Source of the DNA: Pseudomonas sp.
GTDB taxonomy: Bacteria > Pseudomonadota > Gammaproteobacteria > Pseudomonadales > Pseudomonadaceae
DNA length: 42,011 nucleotides
Reading direction: 5' to 3'
NCBI RefSeq assembly: GCF_037994325.1
Contig: NZ_JBBNAH010000381.1
Coordinates: 1 to 42,011 of the forward strand
The number at the start of each line of letters is the position of its first letter. Within the stretch, counting starts at the first letter, position 1. Positions 6,601 through 15,499 of the stretch are shown here, piece by piece. The position numbers and the translations under genes were made by a program. The notes beneath the pieces are model-generated. The model did not search any database. It was not told the origin of the DNA and saw nothing but the letters and a program-made list of their open reading frames with translations.

Positions 6601-9464
6601 GAGCTATTGCTGTAGGTGACCGAGCGCAGCGCCGCCTGCCATTGGGCGAGCGTGGCGGAGGCGCCCGCTGAGCTCAGCGTCATGACCCCGCTGCCGCTGT
6701 TATAGAAGCCCGCGATATTGCCCATGGTCGCCGGGTTATTGGTGAACGCCAGTACGTCTTCACTGGCGTGCAGGTTGCCGGTGATCGCCACGCTGGCGCT
6801 GGCCAGGGTCGAGTTATCGATATCAGAAACAGTAAAGCCGCTGTCGACCACCACCGGCGTACTGGCGGCGTTGTTGCCTTCGGTAAACGCGGTGGTGCCG
6901 CCCGAGTTGGTGGCGATGGGTGTGTCATTAACGGCCGCAACGGTCACTACTTTGCTCGTCACCGCGCTGTCGGCGTTGCCGTCATTGACGCTGAAACTGA
7001 TGGTGCGGTTGCTGGTATTCGGGTTTTCCGAGCTGTTGTAGTACATGATCGAACGCAGCGCCGCTTGCCATTGCGCCAGGCTGGCGGTGGCGCCTGCTGA
7101 ACTCAGGGTCAAGGTCCCGGTGCTGCCGTCATAGGCAGAGCCGATGTTGCCCATGGTCGCCGGGTTGTTGGTGAACAACAGCGAGTCTTGGCTGTTTTGC
7201 AAATTGCCGGTAATCGCCACGGTGGCGCCCGCCAGGGTGCTGTTGTCGAGGTCGCTCAGGGTCATGCCGCTGTCGATCACCACCGGCGTGCTGGTGGTGT
7301 TATTGCCTTCGGTAAACGCCGTGTTGCCGCCCGACGCCGTGGCCACCGGCGTGTCGTTGACGGCGGCTACCGTCACCTGTTTGGAGGCGGTGCTGGAGTT
7401 GCTGCCATCGTTGACGGCAAAGGCAATCACCCGGGTGCTGGTATTCGGGGTGTCGGAACTGTTGGTGTAGGTGATCGAGCGCAGTGCCGCTTGCCATTGC
7501 GCCAGCGTGGCGGTGGCGCCGACCGAGTTCAGTGCCAGGACACCGGTGCCGCTGGTGTAGAAGCCTGAGATATTGCCCATGGTCGCCGGGTTGTTGGTAA
7601 AGGCCAGCACGTCCTGGCCGCTCTGGAAGTTGCCGGTGATCGACACGTTGGCGCTCGCCAGGGTGCTGTTGTCCAGGTCAGTGACGGTAAAACCGCTGTC
7701 GACAACAACTGGCGTGCTGGTGACATTGTTGCCTTCGGTAAAGGCCGTCTGCCCACCGGAGGCGCTGGTAACCGGGGTGTCGTTCACCGCCGTGACCGAG
7801 ACGACTTTGGTGCCGGCCGTGCTGTTGGAGTTGCTGTCGTTAACGACAAAGCTGACCGTGCGGTTACTGACGTTGGGCGAGTTGGAACTGTCGGTGTACG
7901 TCACCGAGCGCAACGCCGCTTGCCATTGCGCCAAGGTGGCGGTGGCGCCAGCCGAGCTCAGGCTGAGTACGCCGGTGCCGGCGTTATAGTTACCGGAGAT
8001 ATTGCCCATGGTGGCTGGGTTGTTGGTGAATGCCAGCACATCCTGACCGCTCTGGAAGTTACCGGTAATGCTCACCGTGCCGCTGGCCAGGGTGCTGTTA
8101 TCGCTGTCGGTCAGGGTGATGCCGCTGTCGATCACCACCGGGGTACTGGTGACATTGTTGCCCTCGGTGAAGGCCGTGGTGCCGCCGCTGGTGGTGGCGA
8201 CCGGCGAGGCATTGGGCATTACCGGGTCGGCGATTTGAATAGCGTTAAGCCCGTGAAAGCTGTTGTTCGCGGTGTACAGAATCACCGAGTCCACCGCGCC
8301 AAAGGTGCTATCCAGCGCGAAGGTCTTCTGTTGGTAACCGAAGCCGTTGAAGGTGGTGAGGCCGGTGGTGCTCGCTACCTCGACTCCGTCGCGGTAGCCC
8401 TTGACCGTCACCAGGGTGTCGGCGCCCTCGCCGTAGTTCCAGTACTCGAAACCGCTGAGCTTGAATTCGGCGCCATCGGCCGAACGGATTTGCATGCCTT
8501 TCCAACCGCTGCCCAGTACTGACGCGTCGTAGGTGGTGAGGGCGTAAAAAAAGTCGCCGTTTTGTGCGTCGCCGTACACCAGCGGCAGGCCTAACGAGCT
8601 GCCCGCCGTGTTGGTCACGTTGGAAATCTGAATGGTGATGCCCGGCAGATCGCTTGAGCCGCCATTACCATCCTCGGCAATGCCATCGGCCCAATTACCG
8701 TTGTCGTTGCCATTGAACGTGATGGTGCCGTTGGCCAGCAAGCCGCTGTAGGCATCGAAGTGCAGGGCGGTGGTTTCCACGCTGCCGATTTGGCGCTCCA
8801 ATACCCAATCACCACCGCGGCTGGTAGCGCCGGTGGCATCGTCGGAGGCGGCCACGTCGGCGCCGGTTTTGGCCGCCAGTGCCTGGATAAAGTCTTGGCC
8901 TTCACCATTGGCGCCGACCGTGCAGCCGTACAGCAGAATGTCGCCATCGGCGCTCAGCGCCTTGCCAATGCTGGCCAGCGCTTCGCCATGGGCGGCCAGG
9001 TTGCTGTTATCCAGCCAGCCATTGCCTAACTGCACCTTGCCGGTGTCACCGTGGCTGATGATATGGATGGCATCGATATCGCTGCGGTCTTTGAGGTAGT
9101 CGGCGATCTGTTGCAGGCCGTCTTTATTGCTGTCCAGCACCACCACTTCGGTGCCAGGTTTGAGGCCATCGATAAGCTGTTGTTTGTCGCCTACCTGGCC
9201 ATCGATAAACACCACGTCATGGCGGTTGTCGCTGGTGGCGGCCGGTGGCGGTGTGGCGCTGGCGTGCTGGGAGCTGTCATCGGCGCTGGTGTTCTTGGCG
9301 GCGCTGTCGGCCGTGGCGTGGTCGTTGCTGTTGGCGGCGGCGTCGGCCACCGTGGCGGCGACGGCGCCGTCGAACAGCATGCGCGGTTCCAGCAAGGATG
9401 CCAGCGGCGCACGTTTGGCAGAGGTGCCCGCTCGGGCAGACCAGAACAGGTCAAAGAACTTCAC
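3627..9464 (-). CDS. Giant repetitive surface protein/adhesin: LEPRxLL motif + DUF4347 + six ~143-aa repeats + Ig/cadherin-like domains + Pro-rich linker + C-terminal tail
   Basis: Likely GTG start at 9464 behind SD GGAGG. LEPRMLFDG motif; DUF4347-like segment (VVFIDGQV..IHIISHG..DILLYGC..ADVAASDDATG..GGDWVLE); T/S/N/G/A-rich beta repeats with VND.P junctions. Confidence 0.88.
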   Translation of the reverse strand: MKFFDLFWSARAGTSAKRAPLASLLEPRMLFDGAVAATVADAAANSNDHATADSAAKNTSADDSSQHASATPPPAATSDNRHDVVFIDGQVGDKQQLIDGLKPGTEVVVLDSNKDGLQQIADYLKDRSDIDAIHIISHGDTGKVQLGNGWLDNSNLAAHGEALASIGKALSADGDILLYGCTVGANGEGQDFIQALAAKTGADVAASDDATGATSRGGDWVLERQIGSVETTALHFDAYSGLLANGTITFNGNDNGNWADGIAEDGNGGSSDLPGITIQISNVTNTAGSSLGLPLVYGDAQNGDFFYALTTYDASVLGSGWKGMQIRSADGAEFKLSGFEYWNYGEGADTLVTVKGYRDGVEVASTTGLTTFNGFGYQQKTFALDSTFGAVDSVILYTANNSFHGLNAIQIADPVMPNASPVATTSGGTTAFTEGNNVTSTPVVIDSGITLTDSDNSTLASGTVSITGNFQSGQDVLAFTNNPATMGNISGNYNAGTGVLSLSSAGATATLAQWQAALRSVTYTDSSNSPNVSNRTVSFVVNDSNSNSTAGTKVVSVTAVNDTPVTSASGGQTAFTEGNNVTSTPVVVDSGFTVTDLDNSTLASANVSITGNFQSGQDVLAFTNNPATMGNISGFYTSGTGVLALNSVGATATLAQWQAALRSITYTNSSDTPNTSTRVIAFAVNDGSNSSTASKQVTVAAVNDTPVATASGGNTAFTEGNNTTSTPVVIDSGMTLSDLDNSTLAGATVAITGNLQNSQDSLLFTNNPATMGNIGSAYDGSTGTLTLSSAGATASLAQWQAALRSIMYYNSSENPNTSNRTISFSVNDGNADSAVTSKVVTVAAVNDTPIATNSGGTTAFTEGNNAASTPVVVDSGFTVSDIDNSTLASASVAITGNLHASEDVLAFTNNPATMGNIAGFYNSGSGVMTLSSAGASATLAQWQAALRSVTYSNSSESPSTSTRTLSFTLNDGNTNSSASTKNVSVSAVNDSPVTSTSGGVTTFTEGNNVTSTPVVVDSGITLSDADNNTLASATVAITGNFQSGEDELSFTNNPATMGNINASYNAATGVMTLTSAGATATLAQWQAALRSVTYTDTAQSPNISTRLISFSTSDGTQDSNVANKAVTVNTVDNSPVASTSGGTTAFTEGNNVTSTPVVIDSGFTLTDLDSSTLASASVAITGNLQSGQDVLAFTNNPATMGNITGSYNSATGVFSLSSAGATATLAQWQAALRSVTYSNSSEQPNTSNRTVSFSVNDGSSSSNLASKVVSVTAVNDAPVNSLPGAQALQQDGTLTFNTGNGNLISISDTDGGGGVEQVTLTATNGLLTLGGTSGLSFIVGSGTGDASMTFQGTLADINIALNGLTFTPTAGYNGAASLQISSNDLGLTGPGGSRTDTDTLAITVNPNNPMVTGVSANSGTYGIGATVNITLTFNQAVNVDTTGGTPTLLLETGSIDRSATYVSGSGSNTLTFSYTVLPGDVSADLDYASGSALALNGATIQSATSDQAILTLPTPGTANSLAANTNLVIDGIAATVTSVTPPAGTTYGAGQNLDFIVNLSEAVSVDTTGGTPRLAVTLDTGGTAYANYVSGSGTSALVFRLTLSNGQADSNGISLGSGINLNGGTLRDSAGNNGVLTLNNVGSTAAVLVDAIAPTVSAIVLDGPSPTNASSVSYTVTFSEDVTGVDTSDFSLVTSGGVTGNVQSVVQINPHTYQVLVDGITGLGSLGLNLNPTGTGISDSTGNASAGGFSGPTYTIGIPAAPPTPPDVSGDPEFRANPPVTTLPPPATPLQPMPPVVSPPVSTSPLLPPPLFEVPSVGSGIPTLGNIFINQNPLAPSYIAQVFASSDSGGNGNGVGFLGFGGGDGGIFGSSSLSGLFSKESAGDVTPIKLFDKNGKGADASNSLRGAFGAQTLGEQLQQLHHNKQQQVQELAQALGQLTDTSTPA
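5635..8210 (-). repeat. Six intragenic tandem repeats of 426-429 bp
   Basis: The TEG-encoding anchor recurs at + positions 6019, 6448, 6877, 7306, 7732 and 8161 (spacings 429, 429, 429, 426, 429). Invariant TNNPATMGNI and LAQWQAALRS blocks. Confidence 0.95.
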
Positions 9465-9469
9465 AGACA

Positions 9470-9479
9470 ACCTCCATGT
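9470..9479 (-). promoter_or_regulatory. Candidate RsmA/CsrA site overlapping the SD of the giant protein
   Basis: ACATGGAGGT matches (A/U)CANGGANG(U/A), with GGA in a potential AUGGAG hexaloop. Confidence 0.5.
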
Positions 9480-9618
9480 ACATCGCGAGACAACAACTTT
9501 GTAGGAATGTTCCGAAGTAATATCCGGGATTTTATTGTAGGACACAATCCTTGAGCCTTTCGCCATGCAGACCGCCAGTCGCTTGGTTTGCCTTCAGGCA
9601 TCGAGCCTGCGGCCTGGG

Positions 9619-11715
9619 CTAGAAACCGCTCTCGCGCACACCCAGCGCCGCCAGCCTGCGCCATAGCGAACCGAGCACCGACTCGCCCTTGCCCGCAATC
9701 ACCACCATTCCACGCAGCGGCTGCGCGGGCGCGGCGAAGGTGTCGAGCAGCTGCAGACGGGCGCCGTATTGGGCTTGCAGCGGTTCGGCTTGTTGCTGTG
9801 CATTACGCCTTACCGCGATAGGGCCGTGATGGTCTGAGGCCAGCGCTTCCAGTTGCAGGTAGGCCACGCCATTGGCGTCCACTTCCTCCAGACGCACATG
9901 GGGCGCGGCGCGGGCCGGGTCGTCGGCCACAAAGCGGCCCTCGGCGCCTGGGGCCACGCGCCAGAGTTGGTCTTCGGGCAGATAACCCCGCAGTTGCAGG
10001 CCGGGGGCGATGATCCGCACCAGTACATCGCGCGGGGCCAACCAACGCCCCGGCAGCAGGTTGGGCATGAGCTCGCGGACAATACCGGCCTGGGGGGCGC
10101 GCACTTGCAACCGTTGGCGCTGTGCAGCCAAGCCGCGGTACTCGGCCACCGCCTCGGCCAGTTGCTGTTCGAGTACACCGATATCGGCGATGGTTTCGCT
10201 GCGCCCGGCCTGGCGCTTGAGTTGCAGCTGCAGAATGTCGATTTGGCTGCGCACAATGGCCTGGCGCGAATCCAGGTCCGGCGCTTCCAACTCCAGCAGC
10301 ACATCGCCCGGTTTAACCGCCTGGCCATCCACCACCTGCACGCTTTTCAAGCGCGCCGGCAGCGGCGCATACAGGGCGGTGTTACCGGCGGCTTCCAGTT
10401 GCGCGGGAATTTCCACCGTCGTGCGCCAGGGCAGCAGCAGAAGCAAGGCCAGCGCCAGCAGCGTGACGCCGAGCAGCAAGGCTTTACCGGGGTGAGCGCG
10501 CTCGCGTTGTTGCCACCACACCTGGGCTTCCTTGAGCACCGGCAGGACGATAAACCAGAGCAATTCCACCAGCATCAGGAAGATGCCCAGTACCTTGAAA
10601 AACATGTGGTACACCGCCAGGGCGATGCCGAAAAACAGCACCGCGCGCCACAGCCAGGAACCGTAACCCCACCACAGCAGGCGCCGTTGCAGGGTCGGCG
10701 ACCAAGGCTCCGGCGCCGGCTCGCCATAGCCGAACAGCGCCTCACGCAGGCGCCAGCGGCACAGGGCAAAGGCGCGACCTTGAAGGTTATCCACACCCCA
10801 CAAGTCGCTGAGCAAAAAATAACCATCAAAGCGCATAAACGGATTGAGGTTGACCGCCAAGGTGGTCAGCCAGGTGGCGCTGGCCAGCATAAAGGCCGCG
10901 CTACGCGCCGGGCCGTCGGGCAAGAGTGACCAGGCCAGCAGCGCCAGGCAGGCTAGCAGCAACTCGGCCATAACCCCGCCGGCGCCAATCAGCAACCGCG
11001 AGCGGCGTTCATTCACCCGCCAGGCGTCGCTGACGTCGGTGTAGAACATCGGCAGCATCACCATAAAGGCCACGCCCATGCTCTGCACCCGGCAACCGGC
11101 ACGCTTGGCCATATAGGCATGGCCGAATTCGTGGCACAGCTTGGCGAAGGTCAGCGCCACGGCAAAGGCGACGGCACCGCCCAGGCTAAACAGGTGTGGA
11201 AAGGTGGCGATAAAACGCTCCCAGTCGCGCGCCACCAACAAGCCGCCGAGCAGCAAGATCAGCGGCATGCCAATGCGCAGCAGGTTGGGGCCGAAGCGTT
11301 GCAGCAGGGGCCAGGTGCGGTTGAGAAAGGCGTCCGGGCGCCACAGCGGAATGCGGAAAAACAGGTATTGGTGCAGCAACGTTTGCCACAGCCCGTGTTT
11401 ACCCTGCTGGGCCTTGGCGGCGTAACTGGCGCGTTGTTCGTTATCCACCGCGCTGATCAAGTCGTGACCACGGAGAAAACGCAGCAGCTCTTCGATGTCG
11501 TCCTCGGCCAGCGGTACGCCGGGCTCACGGTTGGCCGCCTGCAATACGTGCTCAGCGTGGCCCAAGCCCCAATGGCGCAACAGGCGCATGGCCGCGCCGC
11601 CGAGTTTGAAGTAGCGCCCGCGTAAGGGGTCGGCCAGGGTCCATTGCGGCGAGCCATCCAGCGCGGCAGCCGCCGGCGAGACCTGCAAATCGGCGCGCAG
11701 CCCGGGCAGTTGCAT
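9619..11715 (-). CDS. M50 (site-2 protease family) membrane metallopeptidase fused to a C-terminal HlyD/MFP (biotin-lipoyl-like) region
   Basis: HEFGH (11119-11133) and NLNPFMRFDG (10822-10851); many TM segments; C-terminal VQVVDGQAVKPGDVLLELE..coiled coil..VRAPQAGIV MFP signature. Confidence 0.88.
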   Translation of the reverse strand: MQLPGLRADLQVSPAAAALDGSPQWTLADPLRGRYFKLGGAAMRLLRHWGLGHAEHVLQAANREPGVPLAEDDIEELLRFLRGHDLISAVDNEQRASYAAKAQQGKHGLWQTLLHQYLFFRIPLWRPDAFLNRTWPLLQRFGPNLLRIGMPLILLLGGLLVARDWERFIATFPHLFSLGGAVAFAVALTFAKLCHEFGHAYMAKRAGCRVQSMGVAFMVMLPMFYTDVSDAWRVNERRSRLLIGAGGVMAELLLACLALLAWSLLPDGPARSAAFMLASATWLTTLAVNLNPFMRFDGYFLLSDLWGVDNLQGRAFALCRWRLREALFGYGEPAPEPWSPTLQRRLLWWGYGSWLWRAVLFFGIALAVYHMFFKVLGIFLMLVELLWFIVLPVLKEAQVWWQQRERAHPGKALLLGVTLLALALLLLLPWRTTVEIPAQLEAAGNTALYAPLPARLKSVQVVDGQAVKPGDVLLELEAPDLDSRQAIVRSQIDILQLQLKRQAGRSETIADIGVLEQQLAEAVAEYRGLAAQRQRLQVRAPQAGIVRELMPNLLPGRWLAPRDVLVRIIAPGLQLRGYLPEDQLWRVAPGAEGRFVADDPARAAPHVRLEEVDANGVAYLQLEALASDHHGPIAVRRNAQQQAEPLQAQYGARLQLLDTFAAPAQPLRGMVVIAGKGESVLGSLWRRLAALGVRESGF

Positions 11716-13035
11716 CTACAAGCCCACCGTCTGACGCAACGCCGCCAAGGGCCGGCGCAATAGATAAAGTGCCAGCGGTGCACGCTCGCCATACAGCTTG
11801 GCGGTGCCGCGCAGGCCAATACGTGGCGGGCTTTCGTTAAAGCTGGCATCCAGGCGATAGGCCAGTTGGCCAGTGGCGGTCTGCTCGGCTTCGTAGGCGC
11901 TGCGTTGCAGATGGGCGATATGCCGGTGCAGGGGATCGCTGTCGAGGAACAGGCTGATTTCGCTGCCGGGGGCAAAGGCCAAGGCGTCGCCCACGGCCAG
12001 TTCGATGCGCAGCTCGGCCTGGTTGGGGTCGGCAATTTCCATCAGCCGCTCGCCGGTTTGTACCGGTTTGCCGGTCCAGCGCTGGGCGTCGGCGAACACG
12101 GCAATGCCATCGCGCTCAGCGCGCACTTCGGTGCGGGCCAGCAGTTGTTTGGCGTAGTCACGCTCGGCGCGTTTTTGCTCAACGCGGGCGGCAAACAGGT
12201 CGATGCGCGCGCTGGAGTCAGCGTCGGCAAAGGCCCGTTGTGCATTGGCTTTCAACTCTGCCTCGGCCACATTCAGGCTGCGCTCGGCTACATCGGCCTG
12301 GGCCTTGATGCTGGTGGCATCAAAGCGCACCAGCACCTCGCCGGCTTTTACCCCTTGGTTGGGTTTGACCAGAAACTCGGCAATCACCCCATCCACCGGC
12401 GCGGCCACCACTTGGCCGCCCAAGGGCACCACCTCGGCCGGCGCCAGCACCGACTGACGAATCGGCACCAGCAGCACCAGCAGGGCCGCCGCAGCCACCG
12501 CGAGAATTTTCTTTTTCGGCCAGCGCAAGCGCCACGGCTTACCCGGTTGCAGCGCACGCCAGGCATGGCTGTAACAGTCGGCAAGCTGCACCAGCAGGGT
12601 TTGCTCGGCCTCGCTCCAGGGCAGCTCGCGGGCAATCCACAAGCCGCCAAAGGGTTGCTGCTGGCGATCTAAAAGTGGCAACCACACCACCTCGGCGGCG
12701 GACAAGCTTTGCCAATCCGCCTGGCTTTGCCCGTCCAGGCTGGCCACGGGCACCACGCCGGGTAGCTGCGACCGGCCCTGGCGCAACAACTGCGCAGCGG
12801 CATGTTCGACAAAGGCGACAAAGGGCGCGTTAGGCTCAACCACGCTGACGCCGGTCAGGGCGCGCACCTTGCCGGCAATCAGCAGCGCAGCATGGCGAAA
12901 ACCAAACAGCCCCTGGCCGTCATTGACCAGCGCATAGGCCAAGTGGTCGATGTCTTTGGCCGCGCGGGCCTGGCGTTCCAGCAGCAAAAACTGCGCGATC
13001 AGCCGCTCGGCCAGGCCCGGTTGCGAGGCCGTCAT
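11716..13035 (-). CDS. HlyD-family periplasmic adaptor with N-terminal cytoplasmic GAF-like domain
   Basis: ~170-aa N-terminal domain (VVWLPLLD..FGGLWIARELPWSEAE), one TM (KKKILAVAAAALLVLLVPI), then VVAAPVDGVIAEFLVKPNQGVKAGEVL MFP motif. Confidence 0.85.
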   Translation of the reverse strand: MTASQPGLAERLIAQFLLLERQARAAKDIDHLAYALVNDGQGLFGFRHAALLIAGKVRALTGVSVVEPNAPFVAFVEHAAAQLLRQGRSQLPGVVPVASLDGQSQADWQSLSAAEVVWLPLLDRQQQPFGGLWIARELPWSEAEQTLLVQLADCYSHAWRALQPGKPWRLRWPKKKILAVAAAALLVLLVPIRQSVLAPAEVVPLGGQVVAAPVDGVIAEFLVKPNQGVKAGEVLVRFDATSIKAQADVAERSLNVAEAELKANAQRAFADADSSARIDLFAARVEQKRAERDYAKQLLARTEVRAERDGIAVFADAQRWTGKPVQTGERLMEIADPNQAELRIELAVGDALAFAPGSEISLFLDSDPLHRHIAHLQRSAYEAEQTATGQLAYRLDASFNESPPRIGLRGTAKLYGERAPLALYLLRRPLAALRQTVGL

Positions 13036-13808
13036 GGCGACTCCGCAAACTGCGCGCTGCCGCTCATGCCGGCGAGCAAACCGCTGGCATCGGCGGGCAG
13101 GGTGCCGATCAGCAGCAGGGTCTGGCTGCCTTCATCAATGCGCGCGCCCAGGCGTTTTACCGTGACTTGCAAGGGCGTGCCGGTTTCATCGGCGGTGAAC
13201 TGAAAATGGCTGCCGGTCTTAAGCCAGCCCAGCCAACTGGAGGGCACTAGCAGGTGCACTTCCAAGGTACGGTTATCGACAATTTCCAGCAGCGGCGTGC
13301 CACCACTGACACTCTCAAACGGCTGCACCTTGCGTTGCACCACCCGCCCACTAAAGGGCGCCACCACCGTGCAGCGGCGCGTCTGCACCTGATACACCTT
13401 GGCCTCGGCCTGGGATTGGGCCAGTTTTGCCTCAGCCTGAGCCACTTCAAAACGCCCCACGGAATTCAGCGCGGCCAATTGGTTGTTGTGCTTGAGCTGT
13501 TCATTGGCCGCGCGCACTGCCGCCTGGGCGGCTTCTTGCTGGGCCTGGTAGGCACTGCAATCGAAGCGCACCAGCACGTCGTCTTTTTTGAAGTCTTGGC
13601 CCTCGGCAAAGGGCATCTCGGTGATGCGCCCTGCCAGCTCGCTGGAGAGAGTCGCCTGATCACGCGCCCGCAGCACGCCACGGGCGACGCGCGGGGCGCT
13701 GGTGTTGGCGGCGGGGGAGTCCAGCAGAGGGTCGTCGTCGGCGTGGGCAAACGCAGGCGGCAGCAGAAATAGGGCCGAGGCGGCTATCCATAAAGCGGCG
13801 GTGTGCAA
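13032..13808 (-). CDS. Efflux/secretion periplasmic adaptor subunit (MFP) with Sec signal peptide
   Basis: Likely TTG start at 13808 behind SD AAGGAG. Signal ends in AHA; LSSELAGRI..EGQDFKKDDVLVRFDC and CTVVAPFSGRV motifs. Stop overlaps the next ATG (ATGA). Confidence 0.85.
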   Translation of the reverse strand: MHTAALWIAASALFLLPPAFAHADDDPLLDSPAANTSAPRVARGVLRARDQATLSSELAGRITEMPFAEGQDFKKDDVLVRFDCSAYQAQQEAAQAAVRAANEQLKHNNQLAALNSVGRFEVAQAEAKLAQSQAEAKVYQVQTRRCTVVAPFSGRVVQRKVQPFESVSGGTPLLEIVDNRTLEVHLLVPSSWLGWLKTGSHFQFTADETGTPLQVTVKRLGARIDEGSQTLLLIGTLPADASGLLAGMSGSAQFAESP

Positions 13809-13915
13809 ACTGCTCTCCTTGCCTGCGTTTTTTCCGCAGTGTACGTAAGAAGAGGGTTGCCGAGAACAGGGGGGGAGCGACGCAGTATGGCCGACGACCA
13901 GAGGGATCGGACGTC

Positions 13916-15379
<1,464 letters not shown>

Positions 15380-15434
15380 CTACGTCCCTTGGGTAATGAG
15401 TGGGCGTGTGGTTTGCGCGGCGCTACGGTGCTTA

Positions 15435-15455
15435 TAGGGTGTGCTGTGCGCACCA
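15435..15455 (+). repeat. Single GTAG-family REP copy
   Basis: TAGGGTGTGCTGTGCGCACCA, nearly identical to the arms at 39498-39563. Confidence 0.7.
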
Positions 15456-15499
15456 GCTCTTGGTGTTTTTCTTCGTTACCGCGTGGGCTGATAGATCTG

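Noticed and set aside
5635-8210. Regularly spaced repeats as a possible CRISPR array or separate repeated ORFs on the + strand
   Set aside because: The period is 426-429 bp and in frame within one CDS. The + strand ORFs are antisense echoes, and there are no cas genes.
9465-9566. 34-aa N-terminal extension of the giant protein
   Set aside because: A strong SD (GGAGG) precedes GTG at 9464, and the upstream segment is AT-rich and promoter-like.
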